This document shows, in pieces, positions 53,301 through 64,000 of a stretch of 64,000 nucleotides of DNA. Positions within the stretch are counted from its first letter, which is position 1; the number at the start of each line of letters is the position of its first letter. The notes below the pieces were generated by a model. That model was given only the letters and a program-made list of their open reading frames with translations, ran no database searches and was not told the DNA's origin. Source of the DNA: Zygnema circumcarinatum SAG 698-1b. Its lineage: Eukaryota; Plantae; Zygnematophyceae. The stretch is taken from the NCBI GenBank assembly GCA_037447605.1, contig CM074809.1, positions 1,602,689 through 1,666,688 on the forward strand. The letters run 5' to 3'. Both the position numbers and the translations under genes were made by a program.

Positions 53301-55549
53301 CTTGCCTGAAGATCGACTCTCAACCCGCCACAATTGCCCTAATCCCACGCCTTCCTGCCCTACTATAGGGCACTTTCACTAATCCTGGACGAACCAAAAA
53401 ACCTTGCACTTCTCCACGGCTAGTATCACCAGCCTTACACCCATATAACAAAAAGGATTTTAGGCCCACACCTGGCGATTCTTAGATGTGAGCGCCTCAG
53501 AAGGAATGTGAATCTCTGCCAAACGGCTTGGCTGAACATTCTCTCCTTCCTTGCCCGGTGGTCCATCAGTCTCTTTTAACAACTTACAGAGCTCAGGCAT
53601 GCCTTCTCCTTCACGGTATTGAAAGACAGGCGGTTCTGATCGGCCTACCACCACATTAGCAGTTCCCTCCATCAGGCATCTATGACTACAAACGGCAAAG
53701 GAGCTCTTTTCTAACATGGGTGCAGATAGTCCGTACAGTCTTATAATCTAAACAACCAATTCTTCTTTATCCTGAGCTCGTCGGTGAGAAGGTACTGCGG
53801 ATAGCGTTCCACGCAAGGACCCATTAAAACATGCGAATCCTCAACTTTCCCATTCGCTTCGAATGTGTGAATGCACATCAGGTTTGCTAGTGTGGGATGA
53901 AGAGGGCGAATATAATTCATCTCCTACACGAAGAGATGAATAAATGGCCCACATCTTCCCCACTCACCCTTCCATAGGTGCTCTTAGTGTGACCCAAGTC
54001 TCTACTCGTCCCGTCAGGTCTTCCAGCTGACTCAAACAACAGATGCAACTTTCCCACTGAATGAGGAGGACCATAAACAAAGGCCCATGCAAAGCCTATG
54101 TGCAAGTCTGTCTCAGGTACGAGCAACTTCCTGAAACAGGAGAGCAGGGCATCGTAAGGTTTAATGTTCTGCTCACCATGAGTCCTGCGGACAAAAACAA
54201 TACACAGAAAGGATTTAGGAAGGAGAAACCAACACCTTGGAGCACCCAGACAAAGGCAGTTAAATAAAAATAAGGGAGATTGGTCAATCGCCTGTTCTTC
54301 AAAGCTGCCTCAAAGAAGGGCACCTAAATGATTGAAGCCAGAGATCCAATGCAGCAATTACTGCTCCGCCTCATTCCAAGTGGCAGGCTTCCTTCTGGCC
54401 GGCCAACTGAAAAGAGGATCTGTGCTGCGCTAAATCAGCCTAAGGACAAAACTGGGTTTGCATTGAGTGCCATTTTCAATCAACGATTGTGAATAGTGCA
54501 AGGATGAAAAGGAGCAAGACGAACCCCTCATTATCTTTATGCCTGAACCTTGAACGAGCTTCCCGGGAACCAGGAACCTGGCGAGGTCGTAAAGCTCTTT
54601 TTGATCTTTCAGCACTTGGCACTCCTCCAATAGCCGCCACTTCTCTGTCACTTCCATCTTCAATGACTGAATTCCCTCCTACCTCCTTTTCCTTCAACCC
54701 CTCCCTTCCATTACGGTCATTCACTTGCTCCCTCCCTTCAGTCTCCTTGTCCTTCTCTTTCCCCTTTGCCGGCCTTTCCCACGACTCACGGATACCCTTT
54801 CCACCTTTGCCTTTTTCTGTCTCCTTTCCTACCTTCATCCTTTCAGAAATGCTCTCAACTGACCCCCCGGCCCTATCAGCATCCATGCTTGATTCTCTTT
54901 CCTTTTCCCGTTCTTTCTCCCTCTCTCTCTCCCTCTCTCTCTCTCTATCCCTTTCTTTCTCTTTGTTTTTGCTCTTCTCTTCCCGCTTATCCGTCTCCCG
55001 CACACTCTCTGCTTCGTGTCTGCCCAGCTGACTGCTGTTCTCCCGCAATCCCTCCCTCTCCCTCCCACCAACGTGAGATTCTCTAACTCTCTCGTCCACC
55101 TTCACGTCCGCTCCTCCCTCTCTTGCAGCATTACTTCCCTCATCAAGCCCAACATTGCCAGATGCGCACGTGGCAACAGGGGCTGTACGGGAGGCGTTAG
55201 AATTTAAGGGCTGGTTGACAGCAGGAGATGAACGAGAGTTTTGAGAAGGCTTGGGAGCAGAAAAGTGTGGCGAGCGAACAGAGGAGGGAGGGGCCATGAC
55301 TGCAGCAGGCGCCGCCGCTGCACCTCCCCCCCTTGCGTCACTCCTCCCTGCATCATTTCTACCCGCTTCATTACGCGCCTTCGAGGCCGAGAAACTCAAA
55401 TCCTTCTCCCGGGAATCAGTGGAGCTGTGAGCATTGCTATCCACTCTAAAAATTTTGGAAGGACGAGACTCGTCATTCTCACTGCCATGGTTAGACAGGG
55501 GGAGAGGCGACACCAGCGGGCCCTGCGCGTCATCCAGGTGGCGCTTCAT
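50345..55549 (-). CDS. HDC1: Histone deacetylase complex subunit HDC1 (Rxt3-like domain)
   Basis: About 10 exons. Charged N-terminal region to KRALRPR...KDNEG, then VRGRQLWGTDVYTDDSDIVAVLQHVG, LRNNMRSRAWG, EVTVLYNLCNEPWLKYSMSVVADRG, VLYLET and ISWEEIQWSPTSVFVRGREYELARAHF. Confidence 0.94.
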
Positions 55550-56994
55550 AGCTGCCTCCGTACTGCTCCCTTCCCCCCCTCCAACAAAACCTAAAACCGC
55601 TCTTTCACCTCCTTTCCTTCCTCCCTCTCCTCTCCCCCTCTCCCTCTCCCTCTCCCTCTCCCTCTCCCGCTCCCTCTCCTCCCCCTCACCGTATCCTCCC
55701 TCGTCCCGACTTCCGAGAGTCTCCCATCTGCCGTTCGCGCGCACGATCCAATCGGACGTTCAAACGCGCTCCATGTGGACCGTTCGGCTCCCTCAAAAAT
55801 CGAATCCGGGAATCACATTCGGCACATGGAACGCGGCGCCACATCAACGACACCCGTGTTGAACACGCTGACCGCGCGAGCACGTGTGAACAGGCTCAAA
55901 TTCAAATCGAACTGAAATTCGCGGACCGGTCAGATCAGACTCGGAATGCCAAAAGCCGTTTATGCGAAACAATTTTTATTGCTAGCGAAAATCATCCGAA
56001 CGCCCTTAGCCGTCAATTCGAGTCGTTTTTTTCTTTTCAACGGTGGATCTGGGCCGTCGGACGGAGGTGGTCAACTGCCCTAGCGAAGAAAAAAACGAAT
56101 CGGGCAAAGATAAATTTACAGGTAGGTAGAAGTCATGGTTCCATGCTCGCAAGTGCCTGTTACAGAGAACCGCCACGCCTAAACGCACATCATAGAAACG
56201 CACGGAGGATTTGCGAAATTAAGCCATCGAAGTGGGGCTGGTTTTGAGCCGCGAGAGTTCGAAAAATAATATGATCTCAGGCAAACCCTTTAGTCTGATT
56301 CTTTTTTTCCACTTCTAGCGTTTTCCTTTTGTGCTTAGGTCCTTGCGACAAGTTCCTCGTGGTTCCCCATGATGCTGATTTTGTCCATGTACATTTGGTG
56401 GCATCGCCATCATGACATCGATGCCACATCTCCCTTGGGTCACATCACGCCACATCATTCTCTTTGTTATGAGATAAAAACAGATCCATGTGTCTTTGAA
56501 GGCACTGTCATCATGAGATCAACGCCAATACCTTTATTCTTCTTTTGATATACAGTACTAACTGGTAGAGATCAAACATCAAACTCTGAAGACGCGACAG
56601 CCAGCTTTGGCTGCCATTCAGAAGCAGAAACGTGATTGACCAGTGAACGGTCCAGTGAATGGTCATGAAAGGGCGGACGTGACAGTTCGTGCTGATAACG
56701 TACCCATCCTAGTTTGGCATTAATAATGTATGAGTTCTCTTCCTCTTGAAGACGTCTTTTCATGAACTTGGCAGAGTCTCACTCTCGACTCCCACGGCGT
56801 TAGAAGAGGCTTTCCCATGGATGTGTCCTCAATATTAAGCAAAACTTGCGGTAACCGTCACTTACTGATATCATCAAAGGGTACACCTCTCATGCGAGTG
56901 GTCTCTTGGCTAATCCAGGAAGGTTGCCTTCAAGCTCCAACCTTCAAACTTTGACGGGCATTTTCTTGCACTAGTCTGAACTATCATAGAAGCC

Positions 56995-58703
56995 TTAAGC
57001 ACTAGAAGAGTCCTTCAGAAAGGAAGCTTCTAGTGCCTGCCCCTGATTTCCACCTATGGCCGCACCGTTCTCTGCTGTCCCGTTTGTCGATCCAGGTTGC
57101 ATCATTCCCGAAGAAACATTTCCTACAGAAGATAAGTCTCCTCCAGTGGGCATACCAGATGCCATGCGATCCGACCCTACAACCGTAGCACCGCCGTGGC
57201 TGTAATCCTGATAACCGCTTGCAGCTGTTAACGACACACCAGAGCCTCCATCACCCGTCATCATTGGCATTGCCCCGTCTGGTCCAATTCCTTGCACCAT
57301 GCCCTGAGGCTGCTGTGTCGGCTGCTGAGGTTGATGCTGATGCTGCATCTGCTGCTGATTCTGTGCTTGCTGCTGCTGTTGGGGTTGCTGCGGATGAGCC
57401 TGCTGTTGTTGAGGGGCCTGCATGTATGCGCCAGCAGGGCGCTGAGCCATTTGCTGAGGCTGCTGTGGTGGATAAGCCTGGCCCTGTGGAACGCCTTGCT
57501 GACTTGTCGCCTGCAGATCGCAATCAACACATCATGAGATGATGTTACGCAAACGCATTGGAAAAAACGAGCAGAATCAATGCCAAGTTTGGCATTAATG
57601 ACACTATCTATGTTGAAACTGATAAGCACGGTCTTCTGTACGTATTCACTGTTTTCTTCTCCGGCATCCTGACTAAGCAATTACAAATGCGCAACCAACT
57701 TGACTTGCTCCACAAATCAAATAGTGGGAAACCAAATACAAAGACTCAGCAATGTCCCTTGTTTTGGAAAAGAAAAATAACAATCTATTGACATTGGCGG
57801 AATCAGCCTGATGGTCACCAGAGCATTCCATCAAGTCCTGTCACGAGGTGTGACAGATTGAAGTGAAGTTGAAGCCCGACATAAGGTTGCAAGGTTAACA
57901 ACTACTCTGCCCTATGGGCGAACAATGTAAAAGGTTGTTTGCATTTTGGTTTGGTAAGACAAATTCTCTCTCTTGTTTGCTGCCCATTATGTATCCAGCG
58001 AAACAACCCCAATGGCATCCTCTTTAGGAATAGGGCAGCGATAGCGAGCCACTTGAGAATCCTTTACCTGCGGTTGAGGAGCCTGTGGCTGCGCGTCGGC
58101 AATGGCCGCAAGATACATCAAATTTTGCTGCAACCGGGCCTGATACCTGCAGCCACGCCCGTAACATCACTTTGATGAAGCTGCTTCGGAATAAACAGCG
58201 AATAGGCGCACCTGTCGCCACAAGTCTTCCAAACCATAAAGCTGAGAAATCTAAACAACAAAAAATGAAGGCAAGCACAGTCACAGACACCCAAATACAG
58301 CCGAATAACGTAGGAACTGAAATAAGTTATCCATGTTTTCGAATATCAGAGTGACATGCTTCTAAAATGACCACTCTCGTGGAATGGCACTGATGAAAAA
58401 CATTCAAAAGGGATGAGTAAGATCCTTACTGAGCACATTCGTTCAATTTCCCCAAATTTTGGTTGTCAAGAATGGCGAGAATAAGCTGCTTGTTCTCGTC
58501 CAAATACTGGAAGATCAACCCAACACCGTGTTGCTCAGTCATCCGTCACTGATTGAAAACTGCCTCTCCGGCCAAATTTCTCCAGCAATATGTGCCACAC
58601 GCTGAAACCTCTCATGCAGAACAAAGCTGCTTACCTGCTGAATCAACTCTGTGGTAATCGCGGTGCTGGTATAAACCGACTGTTGCTGCCCCTGTGGGTT
58701 CAT
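56995..58703 (-). CDS. GIF: GRF-interacting factor (GIF/AN3, SSXT domain) with Q-rich C-terminus (246 aa)
   Basis: Exons 58703-58635, 58506-58430, 58146-58068 and 57510-56995. Sequence ITTELIQQYLDENKQLILAILDNQNLGKLNECAQYQARLQQNLMYLAAIADAQP. Confidence 0.96.
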
Positions 58704-59733
58704 CTCTCCAGCAAACTCCTAGTTTTTCAAAATGTAGTCACGTTCGTCAGTTTGACATACGCTTATGTCGGACAGCAATGCGAACCGCCTCTGCTGCTGC
58801 ACGGACTCTGCACTGATACGCCCCCCCCCACCCCTCCTGCCGCGGTGCAGAGCCTGGAGCAGGGGAGAGCAGTTTCAAGCGCGCCTCCCTCCAAGAGTCA
58901 CTCCGATACCGCATCGGCACCACTGAAATATTGTCACACGGTACTTGCGATACGATACGACATGAAACCAATACTACCGGTATTCGGAATCTTTCCTAAC
59001 AACCACTGTACGTACGAACGCATGCATACGCATGGATGACGTCATCTACAGAATAGCGTACGGCATGCTGGCTGCGCGGCTTTGGCCCTACCGTACGCCG
59101 TTGTAGGCTTGTCCCTATGTCAGCAAGTGGGGGAATGACGTCATTAAATGTACATAACATGGGTCATGCCGCAGAGGGGGGAGCTGGACGAGGGAGGGAA
59201 GGCCCATGCCATGCCATGCAATGCCATGCCACACATGCCATGCGATGCGCCAGCCACAAACAGTCTGCGCGCCGCATGGCATGATGGGACACGATGGCCC
59301 GGTTCTGGCGGGTCGGTCGCATCCGTGGGCCGAGCGGATACACCGACATGCTCTGTAAGCAAAACGAGCTTGGGAAGAATTTCACAAAAGCAACCGTTTG
59401 TAGCTGGAGCTGACGTTTGTGCAGTGTTGGCCTGGAGACCTAGAGCCCATCTGGAGTAACATTGCGAGACAAAAATGACAGGAGAGGCGTATTACGCAAA
59501 GAAGACTAATTTCTTTAAATAAACGGGAAAAATGCCGATAATCCAGCGAAGTCAACAAAACTACCCCTTAAATTAAATCCACTGACACAAGCTTCGTTAA
59601 ACTGGGAGGGAAAAAAAAAAAAGGTACTTTGTTTACACAAGGCAGGACAAATTATCCAAGCTGGCACTATTTGAAACCAAAAGCAGGCAACTCCCTCTGT
59701 TGCATTTACAGAAAGCCTCCTCCTCAACCTAAA

Positions 59734-62155
59734 CTAGTTGTTCTCCGGCAGGCCACTTGGCCACGTCACGTTCTTCACCGGCTTCAAAATAACCTCCACC
59801 TCTGACAGCATCTGCTTGTCGACTCCGTCAGAGAATGCGCGCTGGACGGCCTCTACGTTCTCCCTAACCTGCGTGACGTGACGCCCCCACACATGGCTGA
59901 GTGAATAGCGTGCACAGAGTAGAGGTGGTCATCTCTCAGCTTCCACCATTGTAACTAAGGCCCCGCATTGGGTTTAGAATAGAAAAAGTGAAAAGAAAAA
60001 AAGTTGCAAGCAATTGCTCCGAAATCATGTAGTGGTCTGAGAAGCAGGAAGTTTAGATCGACTATACAGATAGATCTGCATTTGCGGGAACCCTCCATGA
60101 CAAGGCTCAATTCAGGATGCTCGCCCCACAAGCGCAGTTTTGCAATTGCTTCCTCCGTTTTGTATGATGCAGCAACAGACTTTCCAATCCATTTCGATGG
60201 GATCTTCGTACGCTATGCAGTAAAAAACAGGACTGAGGTGACGCCTTTCTTAGATTCGCTGACAGTACTTGTATGTGGTCTGGAGGACTCTGAAAGTTCA
60301 GAGGGCAGAGTCTGACCTGTTCCAAAGTGCACATGCCGACCAGCGTGGTGGCGATATCCGGGCAGCTCACTGCGTATTGCAGCGCAAGCTGGGGAAGGTT
60401 CACGCCTCGCTCTTTGCAGTGAGATGCGGCAGCTCGGCATGCCATCTGGCAGCACCACAGAGCACAGAGGACCAGAAAGAAGGAGGAACATCACTTCGCT
60501 ATAAGAAATAGAGCATATAGGGACCGGGTCAGACACTGGATGAAACAAAGGGCAAGCGCCGGTCTCTAGAAACTGCTGCTTATCATAGATGCAATAGCTA
60601 ATCCATGCGCCCAAAACAGAGATACCACCTCTCTTTCGCCCACCTGCGATACCAAGTTTGCTAGTATCGATAGTATACGGGACAAAACGTGATAGAAAAC
60701 TGCAAGCTGACTATGAGTGATGCCCTGCAGAAGGGCGGCACAATTGAACAGACAGACCGCCTCTCGCTCCCACAACAGTGATATCTGGATCATGCGTCTT
60801 CCCTCAGTTAAGTACACAGGCCAACCTTCAAATCTGCTGCAGCAGGATGCCATGGAGGGGGCCCTTGGTGTGTCAAAAGTCCCATAGAAAGTGGCGAGGC
60901 ACTGATGATGCCCACGCCTTTCTCCTTCAAATAAGGAACTAGATCAATCAGGGCTTGATCGTTCAAGCAATTGTGACAGTACGACAGAGCGACATCAACT
61001 GTTCCTGGAGGAACCTTGTCGAGGACGGCATTGAAAACCTTCAAAGGCAACCCTGTAATTCCAATAAAGCGCACTTTGCCACTCTCTTTAAGTTTTTGAA
61101 GTGCAGGCAAGGTCTCCGTTACAATCTGCATAAGCAAGCAGCAATGTGTTTTTGCAACGGTCAGCAGAAACCAAGAATTGCAGCAAACACAAACTAAGCC
61201 ATTCCTTTAAACAACAAAAGGAAGGCAAGGACCGAGTTACAAAGCGTGATAACTTCTGTATGAAAATATGGAAAGTAGATGGCTTGGGTTTCCCGTCTGA
61301 GGTGACTTCAAGAAGGGGTTTAATCCAACCTGGTCCAACGAGGTGAACTCAATATCATGGCACTGAATAATGTCAATATAGTCGACATTCAATCGTTTCA
61401 AACTTTCATCAACGCTTCGGGTCACTCGCTCAGCACTGAAGTCGAACAGTTCCGGTCCATACCGCCCCACTTTGGTGGAAAGCACGAACTTTTCTCTAGG
61501 GATATCTTTCAGGGCCTTTCCAAGCACCTGCTCTGCCAAAGTAATACCATAAAACCTACATACGAAAATAATAACAAAAAGAACAGTATTTAGGCGCCCT
61601 GCTGAAATGGGAAAGTTGGGAATAGTTGATGTTGGGAATAGTTGTTTTCATGTCTGTACGTCAAGTTTACAAAAGAAAAGTACTGGGAAGTGCATAATAT
61701 GACAGACCAAAAATGCCAGGCAGAGTAACAACACGGAATGATTTCATACTCATACGGGAAATGCAAGAGCCTAACGACGAGATATTTGGAAGAAAATGCA
61801 AATCAATGCTAGAAATATGAAAAAAATCACAATTTCGAGCATAAACGGCATATCCTCCACACTCATCAGCGAATGCCATCCCCTTGCCTCATGCGACCAG
61901 CTCCGGCTGCTCCCATACCGCCTAGAAAAGTAAGAAAATAAAGTAGGAAAAAACCCGGTGCTTGAAAAGAGGGCCTCAGCAGACATACGGAGAGACGTCT
62001 ATAAAATTGATCCCGAGCTCCACCGCCAAGTGCACGGACTGAATGCCCTCCTCCTCGTTGATGTCGCCGAACACACTCCCAAGAGGCGACGCGCCGAACC
62101 CTATAACGGACACATGGAGCCCCGTGCTGCCCAGAGCTCTTCGAGGAAGAGTCAT
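59734..62155 (-). CDS. GalDH: L-galactose dehydrogenase (aldo-keto reductase family, ascorbate biosynthesis, 318 aa)
   Basis: Exons 62155-61989, 61555-61330, 61125-60826, 60445-60317 and 59868-59734. Motifs GFGASPLGSVFG, GINFIDVSPFYG, QCHDIEF, GITGLPL, ISASPLSMGLLT, GPPPWHPA and VTWPSG. Confidence 0.93.
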
Positions 62156-62807
62156 GGCTCCTGCGCGGCCGCGTCAAGGAAGATGCCTCTTCCCTCTGCG
62201 AGGGAGCGAGAGAGAAAGAGAGAGAGAGTTAGGGAGAGTGAAAGAACGAGAGGGAGGGGTGGGAAGCGTAGGGGCCCCTTTGTTGACCTCTTCCAATAAA
62301 TTTCGTCACGTGTAGTCCGTAACTGGATTCCCCGTTCAACTGTGAACACCAAGCAGAAGTTGATATGCGCAGCGCACAGAACAGGACTTTAATTGTGAAA
62401 CGCTGCGTACATGTGAACCGATTAGGGCCCGTTCTATGATATAGGAACACATAGAATAAGCACCTGGGGCACGTTACTGCGGCTAGAACAGAACGGAACA
62501 GACGCACATGGAACCTCTCCGGCCAGGCGGTCCGGGGTTGAGGGCTCCCTGAGAAAGGTGAGAGGGGAGCAGAGGCGCTGTGGGAGAGCGCGGCAGCTCC
62601 GCGAGAGGGAGGCGTGGGAGGGAGGCGTGGGAGGGAGGCGCTAAGTAGGGAGAGGGAGAGGGAGAGGGAGAGGGAGAGGGAGACGTGAGAGGACGTGGAG
62701 GAGCTACAGGGAGGGGAAGGGTCGGAGAGGAGGTGGTGCGCAACAGGCAGGCAGGGAAAAGCTCTGAGCCGCCTTTTTAGGGCTTCCCAAATTTGTGCAG
62801 AGAAGCC
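62156..62807. promoter_or_regulatory. Short bidirectional promoter between GalDH and eIF3L with GA-rich tracts
   Basis: The divergent start codons are 652 nt apart; GA-rich repeats at ~62205-62250 and ~62650-62690. Confidence 0.55.
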
Positions 62808-64000
62808 ATGTCTTACGAAGACCGTGGTCGTGGTCGTGGAAGGGAGTACGATGACCATGACGAACGCTACAATGGGGCAAACCAAGACGTGCACAGCGAT
62901 CAGTATGAAGTGCCGGATGTTGTGAAGACGTTTGTTTCCTACTTCTACCGCCATATTCGGGAGCAGAATGTGTACGAGATTCATCAGATGTACGAGGGAA
63001 GCTTCAATAAGCTGACCGAGCGGATGTTCACAAATAGTCCGTGGCCGCCTGTGGAGGCCATCGCCGCCATTGTAGACAATGACCATGTGTTCTGCCTCCT
63101 TTACCGCGAAATGTACTTCCGCCACCTCTATGCCAAGCTGAACCCGACCCTCGAGCAGCGGATTGAGTCCTGGGACAACTACTGCCAGCTTTTCCAAGTA
63201 ATCTTGCACGGAAACGTCAACATGCAGCTGCCGAACTTGTGGCTGTGGGATATGATTGACGAATTCATCTACCAATTTCAGTCGTTTTGCCAGTTTAGAG
63301 CGAGGTTGAAAAGCAGGTCGGACGAGGAGCTTGCCCTGCTTAGGGAGAGTGATCAGGTATGCCGCCTCGCCTTTGCAACACCTCGCATTCTTGAACGACT
63401 TCAATAACCGCGCAATTACATGCTTTTAGTTTTGAATTTAGGTCTCCTGTTTCATTTACTCGAAACAAATTACTGGTTATTTAGTACATTCGATGGAGCA
63501 AGGATATTTTTCTCTTGCTGAATCAAGCCGGTTGTTCCAACTGGCTACAAAAATGCCGCAAATTAATCGCAGAGCAAGGTCCCGCGGATAAACTTATTTT
63601 TTAGGGTTTTTAAGCTGAGATATTTATTTGCTTACATTCCATTGTTGGCTCAGAATTGATTTTTTGCGGACATTCACATTCAAATTACGGCATTTAGTGG
63701 GCCAACCTTTGTTCCGTTATCCTTTCCAGCCCGTGGTGGAACGGCTGTTACTAGAATGCATAGGAGGAATTTCACCTCTGAATCATCGCATTCTGGAGGG
63801 AGGGCAGCTTGACTATCATGCTAAGAAGAAGGTGAATTGCTGAGTGCATGACTCACGTTTTCCGTTTATTTTCGGTCTGCCGTGTCTTACACAGTATTGG
63901 AACGTGTATGGAGTGTTGAACTATCTTCAAGCACTTATTGAGAAGTCCGAAATCATTCTGATTCTTGACGATGAAGCAGAAGGAAAGTCGAATTTCACTG
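62808..64000 (+). CDS. eIF3L: Eukaryotic translation initiation factor 3 subunit L (5' part, runs off the window)
   Basis: Exon 62808-63356 encodes VPDVVKTFVSYFYRHIREQNVYEI, FCLLYREMYFRHLYA and LPNLWLWDMIDEFIYQFQSF. The next exon from 63895 encodes YWNVYGVLNYLQAL. Confidence 0.96.

Noticed and set aside
54489-55862. Several long + strand S/L/P-rich ORFs
   Set aside because: Antisense to HDC1 exon 1 and its GA-rich leader.
62229-63404. 391-aa minus-strand ORF
   Set aside because: Antisense shadow of eIF3L exon 1 plus promoter microsatellites.

Overview
Gene-dense eukaryotic genomic DNA with spliceosomal introns, from a draft assembly with four 10-N gaps. Gene content points to a streptophyte: plant-type cryptochrome with DAS tail, GIF/AN3, HDC1, BolA4 and L-galactose dehydrogenase. 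A streptophyte alga or seed-free plant is inferred but not proven. The right half (29-64 kb) is mostly housekeeping: eIF4E, BolA4, CRY, an unidentified multi-exon gene, HDC1, GIF, GalDH and the 5' end of eIF3L. The left half (3.9-26.6 kb) is an accessory cluster of four genes for secreted proteins in two head-to-head pairs: (i) a dumbbell proline-rich glycoprotein, (ii) a GDSL esterase, (iii) a 13-exon GH1 beta-glucosidase whose introns hold TTAGGG and microsatellite arrays, and (iv) a second GDSL copy disrupted by LTR elements. The main finding is a ~140-aa Cys-rich extracellular domain that I cannot assign to any family. It occurs twice in the proline-rich protein and once N-terminal to each GDSL esterase, with a shared intron position. 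All gene models and alignments were made by eye; no database search was run.
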